Shown: positions 36,781 to 55,289, counted from the stretch's first letter. The stretch is 64,000 bases of DNA from the human T2T-CHM13v2.0 reference genome, Homo sapiens (GCF_009914755.1 NC_060928.1), one strand, 5' to 3'. The notes: generated by a model from the letters alone, not told the origin. Numbers and translations: made by a program.

Positions 36781-36845
36781 GAGGCAAGTAAAAGAAATGA
36801 ACTCTGTATAATTTAATCAGAGAAAGAGTTCTTAAAGGATATTGA

Positions 36846-37646
<801 letters not shown>

Positions 37647-37904
37647 AAACTTTATTATTTCTTTCCTTCCGCTTGCTTTATTTTTGCTTTTCTTTTTCTA
37701 GTTTATTTAGGTGTATTACTCCATTTTGGAGACCAAATAACCATAATACCAAATCCTGACTAAAATAGCACACACAAATTTAAAAAAGAAAAAAAAAAAA
37801 CAAAAACTGATGAATCTATAGGTGTAAAACTTACAAATAAAACATTTTATTAAAAATAATCACATAAATAGTTAATAAGGCACTTTTACTTCTATGGGAT
37901 AAAC

Positions 37905-39250
37905 TTTTTTTTAGCTTCCACATATGAGTGAGAACATGCAGAGTTTAATTTTCTGTTCCTGGCTTATTTCACGTAACATAATGTCCCCCAGTTCCATCCA
38001 TATTGCCATAAATGACAGGACTTAATTCTTTTTATGGCTGAATAGTACTCCGCTGAGTATATTCACCACATTTTCTCTATCTATACATCTGTTGTTGAAT
38101 ACCTAGGTTGATTCCATTTCTTGACTATTGTGAACAGTGTTACAATAAACATTGGGAGGCAGTTGTCTCTTCCATATACTGATTTCCTTTTTTGGATAAA
38201 TGTCCAGTAGTGGGATTGCTGGGTCATATGGTAGTTGTATTTGTAGTTTTTTGAGGAACCTCCACACTGTTCTCCATAGTGGTTGTACTATGTATGAGTT
38301 TACATTTCCACTTACAGTATATAAAATTCCCTTTTCTCTACATCTTCGCCAGCATCTGTTATTTTTTATCTTTTTTATAATAGCCATACTAACTGGAATG
38401 AGATGATACTTCATTGTGGTTTTGATTTGCATTTCCTTGACGATTATTGATGCCGAGCACTTTCATATATTTCTTTGCCTTATGTGTATCTTCTTTTGAG
38501 AAATGTCTGTTCAGATCATTTGCTCATTGTTAAATTGGATTGTTTTTTGCTGTTGAGATGTTTGAGTTCCTCATACATTCTGGATGTGAATCCCCCATTG
38601 GATGAGTAGTTTGCAAATATTTTCTCCCATTCTGTAGGTTGTCTATTCACTCTGTCGATTGTTTCCTTGGCTATATGGAAACATTTTAGTTTCATATACT
38701 CCCATTTGTTTATTGTTGCTTTTGTTGTTAGTGCCTTTGAGGTCTTATTCATAAAATCCTTTCTCAAACCAATGTTCTGAAGCATTTCCCTTATGTTTTC
38801 TTTTAGTAGTTTTATAGTCTTTCGTCTTACAGTTAGGTTTAGATGCATTTTCGGTTAATTTTTGTATAGGGCAAGAGGTGGGGGTCTAGGTTTATTCTTT
38901 TGAGTATGACTATCCAGTTTTCCCAGCATCATTTACTGAAGAGGGTGTCCTTTCCCCAATGATTGTTCTCGGCACCTTTGTCAAAAATCAGTTGGCTGCA
39001 GATATGTAGGTTAATTTCTGGGTTCTCTATTCTGTTCCATTGGTCTATGTGTTTGTGTTTATTCCAGTAACATGCTGTTTTGGTTACTACAGCTTTATGG
39101 TATATTTTGAGGCGTGCTAATGTGATACCTGCAACTTTGTTCTTTTCCCTCAGGATTTCTTGGCTCTATCTTTTGTAATTCCACAGAGATTTTAGGATTG
39201 TTTTTCCTATTTCTGTAAAGAATGTCATTGGTATTTTGATAGGCATTGTG
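37905..39250 (-). mobile_element. L1MA/L1PB-type ORF2 3' fragment
   Basis: ORFs 38103-38432 (MQIKTTMKYHL...LPYDPAIPLL) and 38516-38848 are degraded L1 ORF2. Confidence 0.9.
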
Positions 39251-39274
39251 ACAGTTTTGAAAAATAGATTATAG

Positions 39275-41160
39275 CAGATATGATGCTATGTGACTTCCAG
39301 GCTAGGTCACTTGCTCTCAGAGCTCTGAGTCACCACGTACAAGGTCCAGCTTCCCCCCAGTTTTGCACAGAGACAATAAGGAGAAGGCCTGTGATTACAG
39401 ATAGAAAGAAATGTTCAGTGAGTTTCTCGTTGTTTGAGTCATCCCAGCCCAGCCCCAGACATATGAAGTCTCCAGATGACTCTAATACCCAGACATTAGA
39501 GTCACCTCTAGACATTTTAGAATTTCATCCAAGGAGCCAGCTATTATGAAACAAGTCATCCTTACTGTGTTTTGTCCAAATTCCTGTCCCACAGAATCTG
39601 TGAGTATAAGGAAGGTTTGTTGTGCAGCAATAGATAACCAGAACAACACACAGACTCAGTGGCTGCATATACAACCTGCAACTTGTACCGCCATCATCAC
39701 ATATGCCAGCATGGATGGCAGAGTCTCTGTCACTGCTGGCCCTGGAGCACTGGAGTGCTACCACTGACCCCCCTCAAAAGGATGGATGCTGCATGGCCCC
39801 TGCTCTCCTATTCGATCTCTAAGGAGGTTATCATCTTATTTGTGGAGCCATATGTTTGTTACAAGGGAAGCTCGTAGAGTATTAAGCTTTTTCAGCTTCT
39901 AGAGTGAGAGGCAGGCTCTGTCTCATGGGGTGGGAGATTCCTCAAAGACAGTAGAGGAGTTTAGAGCCTGAGCTGCCTGAAAGAATATCCGCCCCAGGGT
40001 GCATTGCCAAAGTGTGAAAATGGGTAGAGTAAACTACTCTTGGTCAGACTCTGCAGAGAACACAGGCTGAAGATGCTGTGGTACAAAGCATCTAGGCTCC
40101 AAGAAGGAGGTGCTACCCCCTACTGGGGCCAGCTGAATGAAGGCAATTCTTTAGGGTTGTTACCCCCTGCAATTTCAGTTTAATCCTTGGACTTTAAGGT
40201 AGTACTTAAGTTTCCCATCTCGCATATTTCCTAGATCATGTATTCACATGCTCAAAATCCTCCAGAGGCTTCCCATCTCAAATTAGAGCCACAGTTCTTA
40301 ATATTGCTGATGAGATCCTGCAAGCGCTGCCTCGACTCCCCTGCCTTCGCTCCTTTGACTCCCAACTCACCAACTATACTGGATCCTTGCTGTTCCTAGA
40401 GAAACCCAAGCACTGTCCCTCTAGGGATTTTACACTTGTTCTTATTGAGGCCTTCATACAAAGACCCCTACATATGAAACAGAGACTTGGCCCCACCTGC
40501 CATACTTCCTTTTCTCTTTACCCTGCACTATTTTTCACCTTAGCGCTTACTACCATCCAATATACTACAGACTTGTGTATTTCCTTATTGCCTGTTTTCT
40601 CCCCCTAGAATTTTAGCTACATGGGGAAAGGAATTTTCTTTTGTTAGAGGCCATATCTCCAGTGCCCAGAACAGAGCCAGCCTGGTATGTTGCAGGCCCT
40701 TAGTCAATATTTGTTGAATGAATTAAAGAATTGTTAGATTTGATGCCCTTGTTCTGATGCAACTTGTTATTGTTGTAAAATAATCTTGAACTGCGGCCAA
40801 TGAAGAGAAGGTTTCTGAATGGATGCAAGTGTGTCTGTAATATAAATTTTAGTAATAATTTCTAAACAAGTGTATGTGTGTTGTGTGTGTATGTATGGAG
40901 GGGAAAGAGACACACACAACATTTTATGTATATAGTAACTTTATACACCACTGTACTGATTTATTTTATTCACATTACTTATTTCTTTCTAGAGTTATCT
41001 TACTCAATTGGTTATGTGTTTACTGGCAGTGCTGACTGGATCATAAGCTCCGTAAGGGTAGGGACTTTGCTTTGTTCCTTCCTGCATCTCCAGAAACCAG
41101 AATAGTACCTCATATATAAATTAGAAGGTGATCAATAACATTTGTTGAATGAATGATCAT
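39275..41160 (+). mobile_element. MLT1-type LTR pieces followed by L2 fragments
   Basis: gtgacttccaggctaggtca...gcagcaatagataaccagaaca; L2 ends aatatttgttgaatgaat (~40710) and ~41140. Confidence 0.6.
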
Positions 41161-42257
41161 TTTAATCATCCTCATCATCACCACCATTATTATTTGCCAT
41201 AGTAGGATATTTTGATTTTGGTATACCAATAAATAATTCCTATTGATTTGCAAGAACATGAATAGAAGAGAGTGGAGAATGGTATAGCCAACAAATAGAC
41301 CAAGGTGTCCTTGACTGCCTGGCTGTGGTAGTGCTTGTATATGGCCCAGTGAGTTGGGAATCCAGGAAAGGGTGGTCTATTAACTTGCTGGTCAAGGACA
41401 GGTAGTCATTCAGTTGGATTTGGATACTTTAGCAAGAATTTTTCAAAGCTTTCGTATTACCTAGTGACAGCAAATGCGTGAATCAATCAAACAGGCATGC
41501 CAAAAGTCACTGGGCGCTTTGACATGAAGATACCAACAGCTCAGCTGCATACATAGTATTTATCTTACCCAAACCTTATACATGTATCAGCCATCCTTAG
41601 TTGAGTAAAAAAAGTCTTAGAGGCATGGCAAATGAAAATGAAAACTGGATTCATGGGTAGATACTTCATGAATGAGAAATGTACAAATTTAAACAAACGT
41701 GAGATGGTCTAATTTATTGGGATGCTTTTATTAAGCAAGTATAAATGGAACATCACAGGAGAGAAGGCTGGTAGTTCTTCAGGCTGTAGAAGCTGCATTT
41801 CTGTTCTAAACCACACCATCACGATCATTAGTCATTCATGATTGAAATCAATGATTCCACCTTCTGACGGCATTTGTTCACTGTTCCCAGGAACTGCCTT
41901 CTCACTTCCCTCAAGAGGGCTTTTAGAACTTTAAGCTTTCTCTCTCGGCCTGTTTATTGTGCACTGTTCATTTGCAGAGTGGCTGCAGTATCCTGTGCCA
42001 GTTTGGCAGCGTAAGGAGGATTTGCTCTTACATTCTCCCAAGAATAAGTGTTAGCTCTCTGGTGACTTAGAATTCCCTTCCAAATGACGACTGTGGCTGG
42101 AGAGCCCAGGAACTTTGTGCCAATCAGTCCTCGTTTCTATAGCTACGAAAGTCCCTTGAAACAGTGACAGAAAATAAGAGCAGATTGTTCTCAATTTCCG
42201 AATTCATTGATATGAAATGTTAAAAAAAATGCACCACTAAATTCACTCTCAAGGTGA

Positions 42258-43490
<1,233 letters not shown>

Positions 43491-43973
43491 ATTTCATTTC
43501 TCCTTGTTTGCTCCACCTGTCTTTCTAATTCCCCTCTCTTCACTGGTTTGGGGACTTCTGAACAACAATGAGACTTTCTAGTAATTACTATGTCAAGTTA
43601 TCAAGATGTTGAGCCTCCATTTCCAACAGAAGACTAATTATTGAGTCTATTTTTAAGTGCTAGAAAACTCAGTGTTTTTGTATTGTATTTTCACTATACA
43701 AAATGCCATTGCATATTTTTCTATTTCAGCAGGCTTTGAAAGTCCTGCCATGTGAGGAAATCCTAGGACAAGAAGATATTTAATAATCCCAAACGTACTG
43801 GGAGAAAGAAAATATTTCTGTCAAATCCCATGTTTATATATACATCTACGTCACTCTTAAGTAGCTAAAATGGATTTTTTAAAATCACAGGAATAACTTA
43901 TAATTGTTCCAAACATTCTCTTTCCTTTATGTTCTCCTCCCTATTTCTGCTATTGGTGCTATCATTCTCTTAG

Positions 43974-44318
<345 letters not shown>

Positions 44319-47300
44319 GGCTCCTCCCTCTCTCTTGTGCCGGAAACCATCTGTTGCAGGGTCCCTGATGATGCCATCTTAGAAATGTCTCTTACAATCC
44401 TTCCTTGTGAACCACCCTCACTGCCACTAACCTAGGTCAGACCTCATCAGCAGCCTCCTGAAGTGCCCTCTTGCCTCCACTTTTTCTCCATTCATCGTTC
44501 TAAAGCTGGGGTTTGCCAGGCCCACTCACTTCTTAGTGAGTCCACACTGTCCGAGTGGTAGGGCCAGAGCTTGCACATGGTCATTCAAGGTCCCTGAGTC
44601 AGCTGCAGCTGATGATGCCCACCTTCTTCCTCATGCCACCTGCATCATATTCCAGAGTCCAGTCAAGTGCAGCCTTGCCCTTATGACCATGCCCTCTTAT
44701 TTGACATTGAGTCTCTTTCTTGGAAAGTCTTTCTTCCTTACATTTATCTGTTCAAATCTTATCTACCATTCACAGATTATCTGAAATTATCTTTTTCTTC
44801 ACAAGGTTCTCCTGATTCCTCCAAGTCAGAAGTATGCTATGCCCTCCCTTGAATTTCACTAAGATTTTATCTCTTTATCAATGAAGGCATTTATTACTGG
44901 TATTTACTACTTTCTTCTATTTATAATAGTTATTCACTGCATATCTGATGCAGTCTCCAAAAAGGTGAAGTTCTTCAGGACAGGAACCATTTTTGTTCAC
45001 TTTTGTGTTATCTTTGGAGCATGTTATTTCCTTGACCATTGCAACCCCAATAAAGAAAATTGAATTACTGCAAAGTGACTGGCTTTCTGCTTCTTCTGGG
45101 TGTCCAAACCTTATCAGCTGATTAATTAAAATGTAATAAAGAAAAAAGGAAAATTATTTGATTCAGCTGATCAGTCATGAGGAAGACTTCTTTAAGGAGT
45201 GATGAATTTAGAGTTATGTCAGATACAAAATAGGATATCTTAGTTTTCTGTTTCAGAGATAGTCTTAATCAGAAAGACACTTTTAATAACATAAGTGCTT
45301 CAGGATTATTCACCAAATTTATAAGCATTTTTTGGTTTTCATCTGAAGATTATTACTTGAACTTTACAAAAGAATGATTGCTTTGCTTCGTTGAGAAGCA
45401 TCACTTTCTGATGAGTCAGGATGTACCAATATCAAGATGAGGGATATTTTTATAAAAACAAACATCTATTTTTTTCCTGGCCAACTTTTCTACTCATCAG
45501 AATTAGTGCACTGCTCTTCACTTGTAGGAATCCTGATGAGACACGCAATTACCTAGTTACCAATTAACATAAAGAAGATCTTGTGGAACTTCGGGAATCC
45601 CTAATCAGCTGGTCTGCAGAAAAACAACACAGCCCACAGGCGCGCATGGGGGAATTATGAGAAATATTTGGAATCACTGTCCACATTTTCTTATCCTTAC
45701 ACATTTTTCCAGCTATTTGTCTTAAATTTAATACACAGTATGAAGTAGAAATAGACCCAGGGTTATTAGATCAGAGAAACTGATCAGGGTAAATATGTCC
45801 TATTCATTTCTACAGACTGATTGCTTACCGGGTAAGAAGAGAATGTAACTCCATACCACAATAGGATTTGTTCCCATTCAGTTTAAGAACAGATTACAAA
45901 GTAAGCACTTTCATAATTGGTGAAATTAAATTCCTGAGTATTTAGTAAGAACAAGGAAGATTTTATTTGCACAATATTCTCATAAAAGTAAAAAACAACT
46001 GAGCCTACCTTCCATCCATATCTGGATCTAACATTTCCTTCAACAGGTGGTGATAAAGAGGCCACGAGGCACTCAGAGAAGCACAGCAAGTAAGTAGAAA
46101 GAAGTGATTTACACAGAGAGTTCAAAAGGATTTCTACCATTTAGTTAAATAATACCTAGAGTCCAGACTCTTGTGACCCTGCAAATGCTGGGAAAGAGGA
46201 TTTACAGCGAGGTTGGGCGGGGCTGATGTTACATAAGAAAGCAGCCACTGAGCCACGCACACTGCCAGATGCCAGGTCAGCCAGGAGCTCAGGGATCCAA
46301 GGCCCCTCTCAGACTCCTGGTGCAGCGATTATAGAGTTCAGCCATTTAGGAGAGTGTGACAGAGTGGCGGCAGATGGCCCCTAGCAGAAATAAGTTTTGA
46401 ATCTGGCTCTGAATCCCACCCTCACTACTGCCTCTAGAATGTCATTAAACTTAAGCAGAGGAGAGGAATGTCAGAACCAAGACAAAGAACTGTCTTTGGT
46501 TGAGAGGGTGTTTCTGTCCACTTGCTGTGCCATGCAGGACGTGAGACGGGATAGGGAGATTTCATGTGTGTCATAGGCTGATGTGGTTCTGCCATTGTAA
46601 GATCAGCCCTCTTGACATAGTGACTGTTTCCGAGAATAATCATAATGAATCACAAACCTGTTAGCACTTTTTTCTCCTCCTTACCTGCCTCTGGCTGCCA
46701 GCGAAGTGCTGGGTTGAAAGTGTGTGAAGTGTGTGCACGTGCACACATGAACACGTGCAGGTGTGGTGGGAAGGGGGCACATGGGTGTGTAAGCAGTCTG
46801 TCACATAGGGAAGCAGTTCAGGGCCCAATAGCTTGAGGCCTCTGAGATGAGTTTACTTGTCCTGAAGAACAAGGGTGAACAAAGGCAGTGTTCTCATGGT
46901 GGTGACAGCAGCGGGGTGCAGGTCAGTGGAGGCTCAGAAAGGGGAAAGTTAAAATGAGCTATGAGGTCCAGCAATCCGGACAATAAGAAGGAGTCAGGTG
47001 AGTGGAGATAAATTAGGCCTGATCACCTTGAAGTTTGGAAAGAGAGGTGGAATTAAGGAGATACACTGGCTTATCCTTCAAAGCCCCCTATAAAACATGT
47101 GGAAACATTAACTCACAGCATTGAAAACGGATGTTTGGACATTTTTTATGTGTGTTAGGGGGTGCATATGGTGACCAAGAATGTCTGGAGGTGACCAGAG
47201 ATAACTGTGGCAGAAATATGAGAACCAGTAAAAGCCAATATTTCCTGGAGGATATCAGCAATTGCCTGTGTAAATTTAAGCACTGGCCTATCTGTGAGTA

Positions 47301-47434
47301 TCTGGCTAACTTTAAGACAGAAGGAAAACAAAGGAATTCATTACCCCCTGGAGGCTGAGGACAAAGCCAGGGATCTGGTCCAGCCTTTCCCCATAAGAAG
47401 ACCAAGACAGGGAGGCATATGAAGACCAGGAATA

Positions 47435-48210
<776 letters not shown>

Positions 48211-48634
48211 AGACAAGGAGAAACTGGACTTCTCTGAGGAAGTAGGAGGTAATGGTAATTTCTTGGAAAAATGAAGCGGCAGCAAGCTACAGAAGTCCTT
48301 CTTTCCATGAGCGGTGTGAACGGTGCTCCTGAACATCCACAGGCACTGGCTGGGTAAAACGAAATGTGATCGATCTCAAAATGCACAGGCTCGAGATTTT
48401 GGAGTCAATACATGTTTAAATTGGCATATCATGCTAGTTATGTCTATATCTACTCCTGTCTCAGTCTTCAAATAATTCCCTCGCTTAACGAGCTGTATTT
48501 TCCTCTTCTTGCAGCAATGAGATTCACCAGTGCTGCCCTGTTTGCGGCCTGAAAGCAAATCAGGGAAGACAGACACCTTCTCATTTAGGAAAGGAAAATT
48601 TAAACTCATCAGCTGCTTATGGGTTACTTTTCTA

Positions 48635-48963
48635 TTTTTTCTTTTCTTTTTTTCTTTTTTCTTTTCTTTTTTTTTTTTTTTGAGATAAAGTCTCGCTCTG
48701 TTGTCCAGGCTGGGGTGCGATGGCGGGATCTCAGCTCACTGCAACCTCCGCCTCCCGGGTTCAAGTAATTCTTCCGCCTCAGGCTCCTGAGTAGCTGGGA
48801 TTACAGGTGCCCAAAAACACGCCTGGCTAATTTTCGTCTTTTTAGTAGAGACAGGGTTTCACCATGTTGGCCAGGCTGGTCTCGAGCTCCTGACCTCGGG
48901 TGATCTGCCCGTCTCAGCTTTCCAAAGTGCTGGGATTACAGGCATGAACCACCGCACCCGGCC
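48635..48963 (-). mobile_element. AluS
   Basis: 15-bp TSD ggttacttttctatt. Confidence 0.93.
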
Positions 48964-49467
48964 GGTTACTTTTCTATTGAAGGCAGTCTAGCTTGATGAG
49001 GATTGCAGAGAAGGCAGAACAGGCTCTAGAAACTGGATTCTCCAATTCTGTTTTCCACTAGAATTTTGCTTTGTTTCTTTTGAGGAAAAAGAAACCTAGA
49101 ACACAGGAGGGCACCCTGGACAGTGAATGTGTTAACCTGGAGTCGTGGTGCATTTACCGTCCCTGCCAATATCTGCACTGCAGAAAGGATGTGGTTTTAT
49201 TCTGCTGGACCCTCCGGTGACTATCAAGTGCTTGGAGAGACCATGACATGTAATGACATGAAAGTAATTTCGGTGTCACAATTTATTTCTCTTGAATTCA
49301 CTGTAGATTTCTAATTGTAGAAAATCATCTCACCATGACAAGACTAGAGTGGACAAAAGCCTTTTAAACAGCCCTTTCAAATATTAGGTCCAAGTAGCAA
49401 AGAAAAGAAAATGGGGGTAAAAGTTACATTCTATTCTCAAAAAAAGAAATCTACCCAGAGAAACCAT

Positions 49468-49893
49468 TGTCTTAGTCTCTCTGGGCTGCTGTAATAACAC
49501 AGCCTGAGTGGATTATAAACAACAGAAATTTATTGCTTACAGTTCCAAGGCTTGGGCTGGAATACTGGGCTTGGACTGACCAGCTTAAGCCATGCCAGTA
49601 ATATCTATATCTGCTCCCTTCTCAATCTTGAGATCAAGGTGAGCAATTTATTGCTTGGAACTGTGAGCAGTAAGTTTCTGATCAAGGTGCTGGCTGACAT
49701 AGTGAGGGCCCGTTTTGTCATAGATGATACCTTCTTGTTTTGTTCTCACATGGTAGAAAGGGCAAACGAAAGGGATCTCTTTCATAAAGGAATTAATCCT
49801 ACTTATGAAGGCTTCACCTCCATGCCCTAATCTGCTCCTAAAGGCCCCACCTATTTATTGCATTGGGGGGACACAGACATCCAGACCAGAGCA
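49468..49893 (-). mobile_element. MLT1A/MST-type LTR with a complex internal insertion
   Basis: Plus strand runs tgtcttagtc...aacagaaatttattgcttacagtt ... cagaccagagca. Confidence 0.75.
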
Positions 49894-50691
49894 ACCATCC
49901 CGGGAAAAGGGGTCTGGACAAGCATGGTTTTCGGTCCAAAGAAGTTCTTCAAAACGTACTTTTAACCTTTCACTGGGCCTTATGAATAAACACATTTAAT
50001 CCAGTCCCCCCAAATCCTAGTTAGCTGGAGGACATATTGTTTTCATTTTATTAACAGTTGTTAAAGCCAGCAATCCTTAAAGTTCCCTGGGAAGCATTGT
50101 GGAGATAGGGATGTGAGCTCATAGCCAGTAGCTGCAGAATGTATTATGGACTTGGGAAAATTACTTCACCTTTTCATTCTTTAGAATATGGAACTGTCTA
50201 TTATTTGAGCTAAACTACCTGTAAGACAAGGAGGAAGGAGAGTGAATATTGTTATAGACGGTAAACCGAAGACTTAACAGTTTACCTGGCTTTATCTAAA
50301 TACTCTTTGATACCAAAAAAATGATGGGAAATGTTACATCCTGCTGTTGATAAATAAGTATAAACAATTTTGCAAAACTGAAATACATCATGTGCAGAGA
50401 AAATAGAACAAAAGTTAGGTATTACTGAATAAAATTAAACATCATAGTTGGAGTGTGGACTAGAGATTTTTGTGCTTAGTCCTGAGTTTTGAGTGGAAAA
50501 TGCAGTATAGCAATGTTATTGATGCTACAAGTATAAAGAACATTTTTGAGCTTAATGGAAATAAAGTATCCTAGTTTATCAGTCTCAAAATAAATAAGCA
50601 TTTGAAGAATGCTTTAATGTTGCTACTTAACTGACAAGCGGCCCTCCACTATCCCAGGGAATAATTTCTTGGAAATGATTTGACGAGTTAA

Positions 50692-51128
50692 TTTTTTTTT
50701 TTTTTTGGAGACAGAATCTTGCTCTGTCATCCAGGCTGGAGTACAGTGGCATGATCTTGGCTCTCAGCTCACTGCAACCTCCACCTCCTGGGTTCAAGTG
50801 ATTCTCCTGCCTCAGCCTCCCGTGTAGCTGGGATTACAGGTACCTACCACCATGCCTGGCTAATTTTTGTATTTTTATTTTATTTATTTATTTAATTTGA
50901 GATGGAGTCTCGCTCTGTTGTCCAGGCTGGAGTACAGTGGCACGATCTCAGCTCAACTGCAACCTCTGCCTCCTGGGTTAAAGTGATTTCCGGCTAATTT
51001 TTATATTTTTAGTAGAGATGGGGCTTCACCATGTTGGCCAGGCTGGTCTTGAACTCCTGGCCTCAAGTAATCTCCTGCCTCAGTCTCTCAAAGTGCTGGG
51101 ATTACAGGCATGAGCCACCGCGCCCAGC
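50692..51128 (-). mobile_element. Composite three-arm Alu
   Basis: Two right-arm segments and one left arm; one right arm lacks ~50 bp (gtgatttc|cggctaatt). Confidence 0.85.
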
Positions 51129-52519
51129 AACAAGTCAATTTTTATAACAGGACACCAGATAGCTTGGACCAAAATGCTTTAAGGATTGAGGTTTGCATCA
51201 TTGAGGAGACAACCAAGATTCAGACTGAAGGGATATCTTGACTAGAAATTAGGTTAATGAGGATAACTTTCTGTGATTGTAAGGATTAATTTACATTAAG
51301 CAGACAGATTATTTGCTGTATTTTAAAAATTCATTGCTATCCGGCCATGGCTGATCCTGGGGAGCAGGATGAAGTAGAAGTTATTTTTCAGTTTTCTTAT
51401 GCTTCTCTTAGGCAACTCGTGTCCTGTGCTTCCAAGAGGTCTGCCTTTCTGATGCTTTCTGTCTGTGCAGGTCCTCCAGCCAGGCCAGCCCTCCCAGAAG
51501 TCCTGCAGTGATCAACATCCCTCTTCTTTACCCTCTTCAACACCCCTGTCCTCCTAGGCTCTCTGATTTCAGTGGGTTCTTAGGTAGAGTCATAGGATTA
51601 AATCAGCTCATACTATGAGTTAATAATTCCTGACAGGGGCTAATGGTGATTACAAGTCTAGGGTGTTTGCATAAGAAGAACAATGTTCTACTGAAGAAAT
51701 AAATCTTTCATGGTGACATTTCAGTGGCTTTGAATGAGAACCCTTCCAGTGTCATTGTGACCCTGTTCCAGCGATCTACCTCCTGCAGCCTCCTTGGAGT
51801 TTGGGCCAAGGTTCTTTTCCCTCAACACTGTGGCCAGTTGTTTTAACTTCACTACTTGGGATGGTAATTGGCATTAGGCGTTTTACCAAGTTCTTTAAGC
51901 CTTTCTTAATATAACATCTGAATTGGGAGATAGCTCATTGTGGCCTGGGTGCTGGACTTTTCATATTAAGTCCTGTCTTAGCCAAGGGAGAAGAATGTAA
52001 GGATAAGACCACCAATATCACAGGGGCTGTCTGAGCCTTTACCTGTGATTTTCTACCACTCTGTGGCCTTCTGGAGCAATGGTGAGTACTAGACATTTTG
52101 ATAATGGAGGGAGTACTTCTCTTTGAGACTTTAAAAGCCATGTTCAAACCATATCTTTCTTCTGAGTTCTACATCTGTTGGCTGCAAGGGTACTTTAGGG
52201 TGTGAACTGGACGTCCAGGAGTCCCCCACTGTGACCTACAGCTGCCTGAGGGTAGCTGTAACAGGTGGCCCTGCTTCTCAAGGGTTTTCTAGGACTTCTA
52301 GTGTATGGATGTCCCCAGTTCACAAACCAGGTCTCTGTCTTGATTGTACAAGTTATTTTAAAGTGACAGGAAATCAGACACCAAGAAACTGATAAATTGG
52401 CACATATTTTTATGGAAAAACACACTCACTACAATTGGTTTCAGACATGCTTCAGTTATCTAATTAAGCAGAGTTTACTGATTTTTTTAAAAAGTGTGTT
52501 CTGGGGGTGGGAGGGATGG

Positions 52520-53658
<1,139 letters not shown>

Positions 53659-55289
53659 TCAATTCCATATGTAAGAACTTGGAGGAAATGTGTTAAATGT
53701 TTTATGGGTTCTTGCAATCTTTTCCCCACCACATAGACCCATTTGTGAGCATAGCATAACAATATATTATCCTTATGTGATAGCAGAAATCTTCAAGCTT
53801 CAGATAAAGAAACATTTATAGATCACCCACCTGCTCTGCTTTTATAATCATACTATAAATCTCTCATTGATTCAAAATGATTGGGAATAAAATGTTTGAC
53901 TAATAGGTTACTGAGAGTTTGTGAGCTTGTATGAAACACAGCAATTACCAATTTCAAGGGATTCAAAGAAAGTCGAATATATTTTAATCCAATCACCTCA
54001 AATTCATTATGGAATGAGAGAAGGTAATAAAATAGTCAACATGATACTAAAATATTTATTTTTAAATTTGGATTTTTTTTTCAGGATCTGTTGGGGTTCA
54101 GAAATATCATTAGTGTATCTCAACTATTATTGTGAAAACAAATAATTTAGGCTGAATTGATACAGAAAGTTGTTCTGCACATTAAACAATCTAACAATCA
54201 CAGATTCCTCTGTCATTTTTTCCCTATAAATAGAATGTAGACTATGCAATTAAATTTTCTGAGGTCTTCGACACTTTCAGATTTATTATTTAAATTTTTC
54301 TTTTTTCTCTCAACAATCATCACAGATCAAATTTCTTATTAGATGAAAACACTTCCATAAATTTGATGCCAGGTCCTAGTTTTTGTATGGTTTCAAATAA
54401 TTTCAGACACACACAGCATTAAACTGACAAAGGGCCTGCTACATGGCAGATGAGTTTTCTCTTGGAATCTATTCTATAACCAAGCATTTTACATCACGCA
54501 TAAGTAGCTGGTCTGCTGGTCAGACAGCTGAGGTAATGCTAGCAGGGAAGAAAACAGAAAACACCAGCTAACTATGAGGGAATCTATGCAGCTGTTACAG
54601 GATTACTTTACCTTCTTCAGACACACGTTTTTATTTCCATTTTGTGTAAAAACTTTCGTGGTTTGCAGAATTATGAATCCTCTTAAAGCTCTGGGACTTT
54701 GTTCATCCATCTCACCAACTGTCTAAACAGAAGTCTACAGCACCAGCAGACACAGTAGTAAATCTGACTTAAATCAGAGGCACTGATCACTTAAGCATTC
54801 TCCAATGTACATCAGCTTCATATAAATCATGAAAACTTTCAGGAAATAGATGCTGTGCAGCATTTATGCTGAACAGCAAAAAGTCCCCTAATTTTGTTGG
54901 ATTTCTATGCTCAGGTGATTTTTTGCATGGTTCACTGGGATTCCTATTCCATAATGAACTTTAAAACACAAATGAATTGCAAGAAAATCCACTTCGTTTA
55001 GTTAGTTGCAAGGGCTCACCAAAACAATTCACCTTTTTCAATGAACTGGGCCAGAGGTAGAAAATACATTGGTAGTGAGCAATTTGTTTTTTGAAAAATT
55101 CATATTACTGTATCAACCTTCATTTTTAAAGATTATGTAATATTTGTTACTTCATATCTTGGGAAAATTATTTTCCCCTTGTGTCCTTATTTTATCTAAT
55201 AGTGTAAATGCAATTGGTGCCGGCTATAATTCAATTGCTATTTTAAAATACCTCAATATGCCACTTCATAAACGTATTTATCTGTAGCT

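Noticed and set aside
38103-38848. L1 ORF2-like ORFs as a possible domesticated gene
   Set aside because: Fragmented by stops and frameshifts, consistent with neutral decay.
51455-52090. Possible plus-strand exon (ctttctgtctgtgcag| at ~51470 to caatg|gtgagt at ~52081)
   Set aside because: Splice-like motifs alone are common; there is no ORF or transcript evidence in the sequence.
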